A DNA stretch of 64,000 nucleotides. Source: Ostrea edulis (Eukaryota). The notes beneath the pieces were generated by a model, which was not told the DNA's origin, ran no database searches, and saw only the letters and a program-made list of their open reading frames with translations. The stretch lies in NCBI RefSeq assembly GCF_947568905.1, contig NC_079165.1, positions 68,386,001 through 68,450,000 of the forward strand, in the 5' to 3' direction. The position numbers and the translations under genes are program-made. Below are positions 50,801 to 64,000 of this stretch, in pieces. The stretch's first letter is position 1; each line of letters starts with the position of its first letter.

Positions 50801-51924
50801 ACGATGCAAAAAAAAAATATGTCACAGCTTGATGATGGCTAATACTACCTTCAGTAAAGTTCTGCAACTCGGAGTTTTAGAAAAAAAAAATCCTATAGAA
50901 GCTTGTGACGAGCGTATGATGTACCGTTTCCGGTGCTCATTATGTACCGTTTCCGGTGCTCTTGTTTAGGATGGGAGGAAATAAACTGCAACGCTTCACG
51001 CCTGAATGCTTTTCATGAGGAGCTAACGCGCGTCATCAAGAATGCCAGCGTGAAGTGTAGCAGTTCATATCCTCATATATTTTCAAATATGACATTTATT
51101 GCTCTTATAAAAGACTTGATGTCAAGGAATCCCAAGCTATTTTGAAAATGAGTTAGATGGTGTTGAATGAGAGTTTGAGAGTATGTTGCAGTTTGCAAAT
51201 GATAACATATATCATCAATGTTTTGTTATACATGCCTATTTTTTTTTTTTACAATAAACAGTAATATGTGTACAATGTGATTTTATTCACAAGAATTTCA
51301 GAATGGGAAGCAAGGTAAACAAAGTGGTGAACATCGTACGTTAAATATTCACGCTTTTGATCACAGAAAATATGAAAGATTTCTTTGTATAAGTTCTGTT
51401 TATTTAGCTTTAGGAGATACATTTTGTATATCGCACTTGAGAAAATTGTAATGGATATGTATGATAACATTTGGAAATTTACCTTATTTAAAGGAAAATG
51501 GAATTTTTATGCAAAATTAATGGACAAAAATTTAAAATCCGCGCGAGAGGATTATTTACTTTACTATAGCTTGTAGCCTGATGACCTGTCCATTGTGTTA
51601 TCCATGCAGTCAATGAAAATGAAAACGACATGGATATGAAAGGCTTATTACATGATCTTCGATTGGGCCATGAAGAGTGCTCCGGTTTATTTGCCTTCAA
51701 TTGATAATAGGCTAACTTGAGAGAGAACCAATCCCCTCAGCTCAACAGCCACATAGGTTTTTAATGGAATTGAAGTACATGACAGCATATTGCAATATTA
51801 TGCTGTACACACATTGGTGGTGTCCTGTAGATGAGCAATAGGATTTCGGAAGTTTTATTTTCACTCGGGAACAAACTTGGGGCCGAAAACGGCACTTTTT
51901 AAAAATCTGTTTGCCATAACTCCT

Positions 51925-53225
51925 CTTATCTGTTTTGCTGTTTTCCGCCACACTCAACAATTTTTCAGCGCTCAGTTTTTATTGGTGGAAGAGAGAACCC
52001 AGATACAATGTACCTGGGAAGAGACAGCCGACCTTCCGAAAGTAAACTGGGAAACTTTCTCACTTACCAGTGTTGTAGAGTGAGCCTTCCCCCATAATGA
52101 TACTTCCCCCGGAAGCCTGGCTCTAGAGTGAGCCTTACCCCGGAAGCCTGGCTCTAGAGTGAGCCTTCCCCCTGGGGGAAGGCTCACTCTAGAGCAGGAG
52201 AACCCCCAGGGAAGTCTCAAATTAGAGCCAGAATTCCTCGTTGGGAGACCTACTCTATCACTAGTTGTAGAGTCAGACTTCCCTCCATAACAGGACTTCC
52301 CCTTCATTTATTCCTGGTAAACTACTATCACTTTATGGATATTGTTTAGATACCAAGCCATTTTTCAGCAGGGCATTAATTGATTTTGCGTAACTCGTTC
52401 ATTAAACTCAAGAGAAGAAAACGGTGAATAAAACACATTGAAATTAATAAGTCATTTTGTTTGACCCATAGACCTTGAACTTTGTCCCACACAATACATA
52501 TTATGCCTTGGTTAGTTTTAGAAGATTAAAAAATGAAATGAGGAAATTTCGAATTTATGTTTTTTCTCATCTGCGTACAAATATCGGTTATGCTTTTAAA
52601 CTTGTACAACTTCAGGTAGGTAGGTACATGTAAGTAGAGAGGTAGGTATAGGTAAGCAATTCCCTGTCCGATAAACTAAAATTTATTTCATAGTTTGCGC
52701 AGGTGGGGGATGAAAGCGGGGGGGGGGGGGGGTCCCTCTAGAGAGAGAGACTTCAAGAGGGTTTTATTGTTCTAGAAAGAGTCTTCCCTCTGGGAGTAAG
52801 GTTTATTCTAGAGTAAGTCTGCTGGGGGAAGGCTCACTCTAGAGCGAGACTACCGGGGGAAGGCTTACTCTAGGGTCAGACTTCCGGGGGAAAGGCTCAC
52901 TCTAGAGCCAGACTTCCGGGGGGGGGGAGGCTCACTCTCGAGCCAGACTTCTGGGGGGAAGGCTCGCTCTAGAGCCAGACTTTTGCAAGGGGAAGGCTCA
53001 CTCTAGAGTCAGACTTCCGCGGGGGGAAGGCTGGCTCTAGGGGGAAGTCTTGCTCTAGAGTGAGCCTTCCCCCTGGAAGGAAGGCTCACTATAGAGCCAG
53101 ACTTCTGGGGGGAAGTTTGGCTCTATAGCACCGGCGCGAGTGGGATTTGAACCCGCGCCGACCATAGATGAGATGCCGTGTGATTTTGAGCACGATGTTC
53201 TAACCACTCGACCACGGAGGCCCCT
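51925..53225 (-). mobile_element. SINE family B split in two (head 53225-53130, body 52068-51925)
   Basis: Joining the halves restores ...ggttcaaatcccactcgcgccggtaagtgagaaagtttcccag..., colinear with the copy at 1850. Confidence 0.85.
52069..53129. mobile_element. Foldback-like insertion with inverted arrays of a ~32-bp module
   Basis: Left arm ctctagagtgagccttccccc-ggaagcctgg; right arm is its reverse complement (ccagacttccggggggaaggctcactctagag, about 8 copies). ACC is present at both junctions. Confidence 0.8.
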
Positions 53226-53229
53226 CATC

Positions 53230-53810
53230 TTTTGGAAGATAATTGTAGTTTTACAATAAGGTTTCAAAATTTACATTTTCACCCTGGAACCCAAATGGAG
53301 ATGGAAAACGACGTTTTTTTCTAAAAGCAAAAAAAAAAAAAAAAACTAAAAAAAAACCTGGTTCCCAGCACTCCTCTTACAATTTACCAAGTAAGTAGAT
53401 CATCTTTTGGAAGATGATTGGTTATGTTCTGTAGATGTGCAACAAGTTTTCCGAATTTTCATTTTTATCCGGGGGGCCAAATGGTGGTAAAAAAAAAACG
53501 TTGGGTTTTTTTTTTGGGGGGGGGGGCAAAATTCCTCCTGATTCCCAGAACTCCTCTTACATTTTACGCAGAGACCAAACCATCATTTGGAAAGTAATTG
53601 GTATTGCCCTATAGATGTGCAATAAGGTTTCTGAATTTTCATTTTCACCCTTGGAACCAATCGGGGTTGAACTACAACAATTCTCTTTTGAAAAACTGGT
53701 TCCCAGAACTCTTACATTTTATACAGTAACCAAATCATCTTTTGGGAGATGATTGGTGGTGTCTTTTAGATGTCCAATGCTGGTACGTTTTCTTAATTTT
53801 CTTTTTCACC
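53230..53810. repeat. Three diverged ~190-bp tandem units
   Basis: Recurrent ttcccag.actc..cttaca...atc.tttgg.agatgattggt...tagatgtgcaa.aagg..tc..aattttcatttt. Confidence 0.7.
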
Positions 53811-54923
53811 TTGAGGGGCAAATGGAGTGGTAAAACAACGAAGAAAAACCTGTCGCTCAGTGCATTGTGTCATGTGCAACAAGACTTTTCATTTTGTAAG
53901 TCTTATTTGAATTGGACCCCCTACAAAATCTCTACAAAGCATACACTTCTACAAAGTTTGAAAAATGAAGGATAAAACGATATCAAGAAAACGACAACAT
54001 TATTCTTAAGACATCAGAATATTTAATAAAATGTAAACAATTCAAAATTGAATTTCTGTCCACAAGATTTTATTTTACAAAGTATACCAATGAACTGTAC
54101 CAGAAAGTCAAAGAAAAGAAAATTCACAAATACTTCAGTCTTTGTTACTAAACTTTTACTGTCTAATACTTTTTCTTTTGATTTCGTAATTCAGTTTTTT
54201 ATCAAACAATATATTTCGTGAACATGGTGGGTTTTTTAACTTCGATTTGCACTTATGGGCTTCCGTAGATCATGCCACTTGAAAGATTTTCGAAACAAAC
54301 TATTTGCACATTATGAAGTATTCTGAATTTTAAGATTTTCACTGATACAGTCGATTTGTACCAAACCCCTTGTACTTCATTGCGTGCAATAATTGGCGGG
54401 CTTTAGACAACCACATATTTTAAATCCATCATCTTATCGCAGTGTAAACACAGTGTTCATATTGAACGCGATTGATTAATGACTTATAACACCGATGACA
54501 CATTTCTCTGCTGATATTATCAAATTAAAACGTATGTCTGTCTGTTTCTATACAAATACGATAATAAGAATACACCATTTCCCCAAAATTTATATATAAA
54601 AGAATTGCTCATGGTTTTCCTACTATTCTACGCGTTAATATCTATATATAGTCAGACTGTTAGTCATTCCCCATAAATTTACGAGGGTGCTCCTTGTTTG
54701 GAATATGATGGAAACCCACGAGATAACGAAAAAATGCCGGAGTCGTCACGAGCCAATCTGACTAAAGTACAGACCTATATTATTATATATATAGGATCTG
54801 ATAACTCCCCATAAGAGATCATGTTCTGGTGAATTTTGCATTGGCCAATGAAATCATAACTTCCTTTTGCTTGTCTGGTATTTCGGAAGTCATTCCATTT
54901 TCATACGTATGAGATGATACCCG

Positions 54924-57900
54924 ATGAGTTCCGATAAGCAAATAACACAATTAAAAATGGCGTCGATAAGTGCCACGCCGAGGAAAACATGTCTTTTGTC
55001 GGATGCGTGTATCCTCTGTGGGTTTTGTTTTAAACAAATTGAGAAAGCAAGTGACGGTAGTGAAAAAATCCAAAAGTTTAGCGAAATTAAACTGCGTTTA
55101 AATGAAGAAAGGTGGGGGAATATCAGGAAACTGACGGGTGTGTTGACAGATTTGGATGAAAAAGGCCTTGGAGGGGTTTGCAAAAAATGTTATCGACAGG
55201 TTGAATCTGTTTTAAAAATTGAAGCCAAAAATGCAGTTGTTAAAGAACGTTTTCGTGAAATGGCAGTGCGAACTTTGAAAACAAAAATGTTACAACTGCC
55301 GTCTCCCCGAAGAACATCAATAACGAAAAGAATGCTTCGGAGCCCGGATACACATGTGCCCTCTACGAAGAAGAAATCTTTCGACGTATCTGTTGTGAAG
55401 CTTGTACAACTGACGCCCTTTAAAGATCTGACGAATACAAGAACGGATTCATCGAAAGCAGGGGTAAGTTATCTAAGCATATTGGTGTAATATTAACATT
55501 TATATGTAAACATGGTAAACATTTACAAATTGAAAACAAAAATCTCTAGGCTTGGTCTTAAACACAGATACCACTTGAAAGAAGTGTTACTGTCATCACA
55601 CTCTCGGGCACAATCCAAGACAATACAATTAAAATTATATCCTTAGATATGCTAATTACTATCAGGTGTATTAATTAGTGGATCAAAGGAAAATTTAGGA
55701 ATTCAATACACCCCAGTCTTAGGGTGACTGTCAAATGTCTGTATGTGTCAACATACCATTAAATATATAATTAGATATTCAAAAATTATCTTAAATCATT
55801 TTTAATTGACAGCTGTCTATGCCAGTATATACTGCATGTATCCCTATTGCACCACAGGAGAAACAAGTTGGTATGTATAAAAATATGTGAATCATAATTG
55901 ATAGAATGAATGATTGATTTAAATAGAGCTTTCAATAATCAAGGTGTGTCATGAAATGCAAAAAAAAAAAAAAAACACCTTACAGTGTGTCCACCTGGCA
56001 GTCGTTCTGTTTGAAAACAATTAACTTCTGTGACATGAAAAGTTTCAAGACTGAAAGTGCATGCTTTCATTATATATACTAACTGTTGTACTTGACTTTT
56101 TTAGGGATATACCTATGGGTTTGTTTTACATTGTGTATCAATGCTTATTTATCAACATTAACTATATACGAAGCATTTTAAAGGTACTATATTAGGCCAG
56201 TAAGAAATTTAAGTAATTGCAGGAAACATATGGGACATATAGGAAATATGTGACAACATGGCAGTGTGTTACATGTGTCTTTGAAAGCTATCTGAATCTC
56301 AATGCAGTTCAACAACTCGCACATTTTTATACACAGCACCTGCGTTATCCTACAAAGCATCTTGAGAACCTCAATCAGAATGTGACCAGAAAAGGAATTA
56401 CAGAGTCATAGTTTGAAATGTTGTCCTACTAAACAGCATTGTACTTGATTTTAAACACAGTTATGGAAACAAAAGGTTATGTCACAATACAGCATAATGC
56501 CATACAATGATTATTTCATTTGAAAAATATTTCTGAATCCATTTTTGGTCTAATTATTATGAAATCTAAAGCATATAATACATAACATTTAGACATAAAT
56601 TCTGTTCGTGTTTTTTAAAGTTTTACCAACAATTGCAGAAATATGACAACTGAAACTTTAATATCAGCTTAGAGCACTCCATTTCCTTAAATATTATCCT
56701 TTGTCAGAATGGAATGAAATCATTGAGTGTGGTGTTCCTACAGTCATATAATGTGTTTGACTGTTCAGGAAAACAAAATCAAGACATTGAGACCAGAAAC
56801 TGCAGATATTTGTATTTTTAATGGTGTAAAAATTGACCTTAGATGATTTTATGAGAAATATGTAGAAAAGTGATTGTTTTCAATGAAATATAGAACTTGA
56901 CTCATTTATAGCACTATACTGTAGATGTATAATGTCAACAGTTGTATAATAAATGGACAAAAGATGATTAATTTCATGAAAATGGATTGTAAGTAGTCTA
57001 TAACATTACCTGTAATAACACATTATTTTCATTGGATGATTTGAATCTAACATATATAGATTTCAATAAAACATCCTTATCAGAATGAAAAGAAAATGCA
57101 AAAATTCCTGTATACAAATACTGGATTTTATCTTTCTAGAGGGTGCATCAACAAATAAAAAAGGATCTAAGCGATCTTTAGATTTTGAGACTAATAGAGA
57201 CCAAAGCGACATTCAACCCACACCTTTAGATGGGTCGATTGAGGTTAACTTGTAAATTGAAAGTGTAGCAAAAGTTTTTACTGATCAGTTCATTACTAGA
57301 TGTTCATGTTATACTTAGTCACTAACATAGTATTTCATTAATCATGATTCAGTTTAGCTCACCTTAGCTGAAAGCTTAAGTGGGCTATTCTGATCACATC
57401 TGTCTGTCCAAAAACTTTTCACATGTTTGACTTCTTCTCCAGAACCATGAAGCCAATTTCATTCAAAATTGGCACAAATCAATTCTTGGGTAAAGGGGAT
57501 TCAGTTTGTTCACAGGAATGTTCTCTTCAAAGGGGAGGTAATGAAGGAAATGCAAAAAAAGAAAGAAAGAATGGATTGATCTAAAAATGTTCTCAAGAAC
57601 CACTGGGTGAGAAAAGTCAAATCTTACAGGAAAACTTCCTGGCATAGTGTAGATGCAAGTTTGTTAGAAGGGTTGGGCTACAAGAAGACTTTTAGGAGAT
57701 CAAAGACCCATAGGCCTCTTGTAAGGGTTGCTCATTACATCAAGACTTATACTTTTATGAAACTACATCACAAGATGGTGATTTATGTTTTTTAAAAAAT
57801 TATTTGTATCAATCAGTTTGTTTGTCTATCATCGTAGCTCAGTGGATAAAGTTACCGGTGAGTGACCCACAGATCACAAGTTCAAATCCACCAGTCTTCA

Positions 57901-60900
57901 GTTCATATTTACTGATATAAATTTTTGAAAATCATGTTTTTTTAAAATCCCAATTGCATATTTTTGGCTTTTTGACATATGTACTCATTACGTATCATCA
58001 CATCTTTCATAATTAAATCAGTTTGCGCCGATTTGATAAGCTTTTTCATGTTGTAGTGAACAACCCAATCTGACTAAAGTACAGATCTATATATTTTAGG
58101 ACACCTGAGTAAACTCATATTGCAATTGGTTGTTGTCCATTGTTGTTTGATAACAATTGAACATATTTAACTTCTTGATAACTACTATACTAATTCTTTT
58201 CAAATTTGGTGTGAAGCATCTTTGGAACAAAGGGGACATAAATTGTAAATTTCAGGATTCCTGCACCCCTGGGGCCTTAGGGGTGGGGCAAAAACTGCCC
58301 AAAATTGACAAATTTTCAAAACTCTTCTTTAGATCCGCAAATGTTTAAGAAAAACTAAATGCATAATTATGTAGAGCGAGAAGGCCTTTACCAAAATTGT
58401 AAATTTCATGATACCCAGGGTAGGGGTTCTGACTCCAGGGTGGGACTAAACTTTGTATATATTGTTTATGTGTAATTTTGCTGGTACTGTATAAAATCTA
58501 AATGCATACTTAGGAATAGCAGAAAAGGATGTACGGTGAATTTCACAAGCCTGGGTTTTGACTCTAGGATGGGTCCAAATCAGTCATATCTTTTAATGCT
58601 TTAATGTTAATTTAATACACCTATTATTTCATCAGTGTATGCACTTTTAAGGGCGCTTAAGTTGTAAGAACACATCTTGTTTTATACTGTTGCTGAACAT
58701 TAGAATTTAGTCAAAACAGGAATTTGTTTCCTCTAGATTTCATGGCCCTTGGGAGTAGTGATACTTTTTTACTAGTACTCACATGATCGACCTATAAGGC
58801 CTGTGGGCCTCTTGTTTGTAGTTGATGTAGCTGTGAATGAATTTGAAAATAAGTTGACCTTTTGTATTTGCTAATTATGCATGTGCATGTTGTTCTTTCA
58901 GATTATGCTTCAATTCAGATTTTGGATTTTCTATAAATCTCAACTATGATAAAAGGTACACAAATTAGAAAATCATTATATTTAACAAAATTTATATCAA
59001 AATAAAGATATAGAAGTTTTTATCTCCTATCCAATGTTCTGAGATGAAAAACAAAGGTTTGATGAAAATTATATCCAACTAACAGATTCTCTGTAGTGTG
59101 TTTGCATACCTTAGTTATTATTGTCATGGTCTTAGGCTTAGAATGAAAAGGTGTTATTTAATGTACATGTACTTAAATTACTTGCAGATTAGTATTTACT
59201 ATCCAAGTGGTCGCAAAAGTAGGTTCATCACCGATGAAAAGGAGAAGAAGGTCTGCAAAATTGTTTTTAGGGGAAAAGACATAGGCAGTGGATTGAGGGA
59301 CTTTTTAAAGACAAGTCATCCAGAAGAAGTAATTGAGGGTTCTGTAGCAATTTTAGGTATGGACTTGAAAGTCTAGTGATCAACTGTTTTTAAATCTTAT
59401 TTAAGAAAGACATGTATGAAAAATATGGTAGCAGTCATTAGCAGATTTGTAAGCTTCTGTGTATAAATGTATGTTAATAGATTTTATTGATTAAATTTTG
59501 TATTTTTCAAATAGCATGCCTTGCAATTTTTGTCATGTTTTGCAGGTGATGAATGCAAAACCTTGTGCAAGAGAAATTCTGGAAGTGTGCTTCAAGACAA
59601 ATCAATTCAAAATGTTATGGAATTCACTTGGGACAAACTGTACACAGAACTACAAATACGTGCCCCTAATATCCTGAAGATAGTATCAGCAATGGTCAAT
59701 GACATTCCAATCCAAGTGAATAACAAACCATTTCAACTTGTAATGTACACTTTGTCCCAGATTCTGCATGCCAGATCTCAAGAAATGTCTTTAGTACAGT
59801 ACTTGTCAGGACTAGTGTTAATGCATGGAGGATGCACCCTTAAGGTACTTTAGTCTACCATATTCAAAAGTGATAATTACAAACCATATTTAGACAGATA
59901 TCCAGATAAACAAACAACTATTCATTAACACATTGCTATTGAATATCTGAGGCACAGCTTGATTTATTAAATTGCAAATATATCTGTTTAATAATTATAT
60001 ATTGTTTTTAAGTCTTGAGCATTGTTGAGATTGGACAAATATTCCAATATACTCTAATACAGTTGTCAAGGTTTAAAGCATATTGGATATTTTAAATTTT
60101 ATATTCAGCATTCTTACATATATATACATTTGTATGATTTTTAGTATGATTGATAAATTCTATTACTTGACATGTGATATTTGCTTTAATTAAATTGATT
60201 TTACATGTTTCTTTAGGATATCGAGAGGATTGCCAAATTTGGTGCTTCAGTTCACCCAGAAACATTGCGAAGAAAGCTGAATTCATGGGACGAATACTTG
60301 GACGAAGAACTACTTAAGTACAAAACAGAATGGAGTCGAGGAGGAAGCAAGAAATATCAGCTAATTGGAGACAATTGGGATAGAAATATTATTCCATCTT
60401 ATCATACCTCTCAAGACAAGACATTGTCTTTGCACCTGTTTCAGGTTATTGGAGTCGTTGATAGGGTGGATTCTCTGAATTGTGCTTTTGATCCACAGCT
60501 CCTAGATATTTTAGAATTAACTCCTGTGGATTTTATTCCCTCAGTAGCTGATCAGGACATTCTTCTGCATGAGTTGACCTTTTTAGTGGCCAATGCAGTG
60601 ATTGCAAATATTGAGCAGCTGAACGGAGCATTTGGATATATATATCCAAAACACTTGAAGCACAAGTATAGTGAATTCTCAGGAATGAAAACGGAACAAG
60701 TAAGACACATGTATACTAAATTTCTAGACACTTCTAGGCATGTTTTTATCTCCAACAAATCCAGTTCAAATACATGCATATTCATTTGTTTTTACAGTAT
60801 TCTTTGGGACTTTTTGATTGTAATGAAATGGTTACCCAAGATGTGATCAGGCTACTAAAGGACCTATCAAAGAAGTATGTGCCCATTGATGATGCTGGGG

Positions 60901-61868
60901 AAATAGTTGAGGAAGTGTTTTTTGGAGGCAAGTAAAAATTAATAGGGGAACATTTCAAGAGGAACATCAACAGCAGGGCTCAAAATTAACATATGCTTAT
61001 CACTGACTGGATAAAAGTCTGGCAGACTGATTGACATTTGTTTTAGTAAGTCCGATGGGACTGGTTAATTTTCTAAAACGTCATTTTGAAAAACTTGTTT
61101 AAACTCTGCTTTTGGCATTCCTCTATAGACATCAGACAAACCTGATTAGTGTTGCAAAATTGTCCAAGGCACAGAGTTAAATCCCATGATTTTATTTGAA
61201 TAACATTAACGAAATATCTTTAATTATATCTGGAAAACCCTGGTGGACTGGTAAAATTTTCTGCAGACTTGTTTAAAATAAATCGTATCAGTCTGGCTAA
61301 ACTGGTGATATGAAAAGTTAGTTTCAAGCCCTGATTGCAGTTATATAGATTTGTTAGAATTATTGTGATTTTTATTTGAAATGAAATATTGAAAAAGATA
61401 GTGAAGAGTAACTCATGTAGTGTTTTTTTTCCACTTTAAAGGAGACAGATTGACTGATGAGAGAATACAGAGTGCCCAAGAAGCTATGACCAATAATGAA
61501 AATCCATTGGATAGGTTTGAAGGATTCATTTCCAAAATTGAAGATTTTCATCGGCTCATGAACTTCCTCGAGGTAAATTAAGTCAAACAGTTTCTTATGT
61601 GCACTTAAAAATAAAAGATATAACAGATATTTATCAACTAAGATTTCCTTTTTCATAAAGTGAGGTTCACTTTTTAGCTCACTTGCTGTCCATCGTCTGT
61701 CTGTAAACTTTCACATTTGTGACTTCTCCAGAACCACTGGGCCAATTTCAACTAAAACTTGGCATAAAGCATCAAATTTATTCAACTGAATTGCAACTGA
61801 GTTGCAACATCCTTGTCCAAGGGGAGATAATAGCAAAATTACATTAACAAGTTTTAAAAATCTTCTCT

Positions 61869-61906
<38 letters not shown>

Positions 61907-63459
61907 ACATCCTTGGGTGAAGGGGATTCAAGTTCATTCAAATGAAGGGTCATGCCCCCTTCAAAGGGGAGATAATCACAAAAATAGGGTGGGGTCATTC
62001 AAAATTCTTCACAAGAACCAATGGACCAGAAAAGTTAACATTACATGTAAGCTTCCCGACATAATGGAGATTCGAGTTTCTTAACATCATAATCCCCAGG
62101 GGTAAGATGGGACCACAATATAGATCACAATTTTACATGCGAATATGCAAGGTTACTAAAGTGAGCGATATGATCCATGGGCCTCCTTTGTTCACATGAT
62201 ATCAGGTGAGCGATGTGGTATGATCTTGTTAATAATGTTGAACTTGATATGAATATAGGTAAAAATAAACCAATTATTTTTTTTTTCAGGCAATTGTGTT
62301 GCAAACATACAGCACCCAGTCAGCAAATGACAGAGGAACAGTGTATTATTATAAGAACATATTAAATGCACGCAATGTGAAGGGGAAAGTAAAGAACTCT
62401 TACAGAGGATATAAAATGCTATACCGTACTATATTTGATGCTATGTGTTGTGCATTTTTCTTGAAAGAGTTTGGACTTCTTAACTTAACAGAGAGCATAC
62501 CACTGCCTGATGAATTCTCCAAATGGACAGGAGAGGAAAAAATACAGTGGATGAATAACATATGTGAACGAATTGTGAACAAGTGGTTTTTTGGAGACAG
62601 TGACTTGTTTGAAGAGTTGCGACAAGTATTGTCTGATCCAGATCATGAAGAAAATTATTGGTTCGGGAACTTTAAAGATGGTCGCTTTTCCTGCCACTAC
62701 TGTGAAAAAACTTACTGTCATATCAAAAGTGCAGAATTTCATGAAAAAGAAGTCCATGGCCATTCCAAACCAGCATTACGAAAAAGTAAACAAGCAAACC
62801 TATTGCAAGATGAACTTTTTGATTATTTGATAGCCCTTTTCCGTCTGTCAGCATTACATCGAAATCTTGATACGGCAGTGGATATGGCTGATGGCTATAG
62901 ATCTATTCGCTCAGCTAAGTACGAGACCCCGCTGTACAACAAGACCCACAAAACAAAATATCTTATCGGCAGCATCCATTTAACAGGCCTCGTATCAGGA
63001 ACCTTGCCGCCTCCTCAAACAGAGAGACTTATTGCAAATCGCTGTATAAATTTGTCAGGTGGGAAGAACTCGAACATGGCACTAGATGAGTATGTAGAAC
63101 TAGTCAACAGAGATACAAAAAACACTTGTTCTGGATTCCAAACAAAGGAGAGTATAATTGCGCACTCGAAACAATTTCCTCTTTTAATCAAAGCTGTGAA
63201 AAATTTGGACATGATTAATGATGTACATAGAAGAAAAGGATTCCACAACATACCTTCATATAAATCTGATGTTCGGAAGATTGTACAAGACCTTTTTGAC
63301 ATCGATGGTTTTTCCCAACATAAAGGACGCAAGCTCAAGTGCAGAGAACTAGTCCAGAAAAGCAATCCATTTGCAGACAGTTATAAACAGTTGGTGAACA
63401 TGATATACAGACATAAACCTTTACTTCCATTCCGTCGATTAAGGAATAAACAACTATAA
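54924..63459 (+). CDS. Intact 9-exon DUF6589-like gene (~1000 aa), putative Academ-type DDE transposase or domesticated derivative
   Basis: Exons 54924-55463, 55858-55870, 57140-57243, 59188-59356, 59546-59844, 60217-60699, 60798-60927 (GC donor), 61442-61572, 62290-63459 sum to 3039 nt with no stop. Motifs: CxxC...CxxC, IGDNWD, LHLF...VDRV, GDRLTDER...RFEG...EDFH, a C2H2-like insert, NRCINLSGG...LDEYVELVN. The start may be 54957. Confidence 0.8.
57353..58820. mobile_element. Cluster of Helitron-type non-autonomous insertions in an intron; another at 61670-62215
   Basis: tttagctcacc...ctgtctgtc...ctccagaacc...ccaatttca...aaacttggc...aggggattca start motif and ggcc..tgggcctcttgtt end motif. 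Confidence 0.65.
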
Positions 63460-64000
63460 TGATGTGATTGTTTATCTACCTGGTACATGAGACATAAAAT
63501 CAAATTAAATATTATGGAGGATTATCGCCAAGACTTGTCCAATGTACATGCACACATATACAATGTACAGTAATTAAATTTTCAAATGGAATAAACATGG
63601 ATTTAATCAATAACATCTTTGATAACTTACAATATTTGAAGATCCAACTTGGTGTTGGCCATATTTTTAAAAAAAAAATAAAAATCAAATTTTGATTACT
63701 CATTGCTGTTGGTCTTTGTTTGTCGTCGTGCGTCATCCATTAACAATTTTACATTTGTAACTACTTCTTAAAAACTACAATGCCAATTGTTACCATTTTT
63801 GCCCCAGACTTGATCAACCCAAAGAAAACGGGTCCCAGAAAAAATGTGTTGTTTACTGTTTCTTCACAAATCCCAACATTACTCTGTAATTTATATATGC
63901 TTCAATTCATTCTGGTACACATAATTATAATTAGTATCATGCAGAAGAAAACAGGACATTGTCTTTTAGAGACTGATAAAACAGTTTTGTATCTGATCAT

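Noticed and set aside
319-63736. Most 60-110 aa ORFs in the supplied track
   Set aside because: They are antisense or off-frame shadows of real exons, SINEs, PLE fragments or simple repeats, with no recognisable motifs.

Overview
AT-rich, intron-containing animal DNA. The repeat families (tRNA-derived SINEs, Penelope-like RT fragments, Helitron-type elements) point to a bivalve, probably an oyster; this is inference. Spliced host genes I could rebuild by hand: (1) a minus-strand gene for an uncharacterised signal-peptide protein, running off the left edge (exons 6118-139), mostly absent from the ORF track; (2) a two-exon class A orphan GPCR, GPR161-like (10866-15989); (3) a Mesh/SUSD2-like NIDO-IPT-AMOP-VWD-Sushi-TM gene (37809-49425). 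Mobile elements: a near-complete Ngaro/DIRS tyrosine-recombinase retrotransposon with an extra SGNH hydrolase ORF (~21630-26700, minus), a decayed Harbinger transposase, and two divergent DUF6589-like (probably Academ-type) transposase genes, one intact with 9 exons and one pseudogenised. There is also a foldback-like element splitting a SINE, and many MITEs, SINEs and minisatellites. Best hit: a retrozyme-like element (4837-5323) with two intact type I hammerhead ribozymes exactly 351 nt apart. It lies sense within an intron of gene 1, with one cleavage site about 40 nt upstream of the 3' splice site. Second highlight: a five-fold tandem amplification of the splice acceptor of the Mesh-like transmembrane exon, which could switch between soluble and membrane isoforms. 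All gene models and family names come from manual reading and memory of motifs and need RNA-seq and HMM confirmation.
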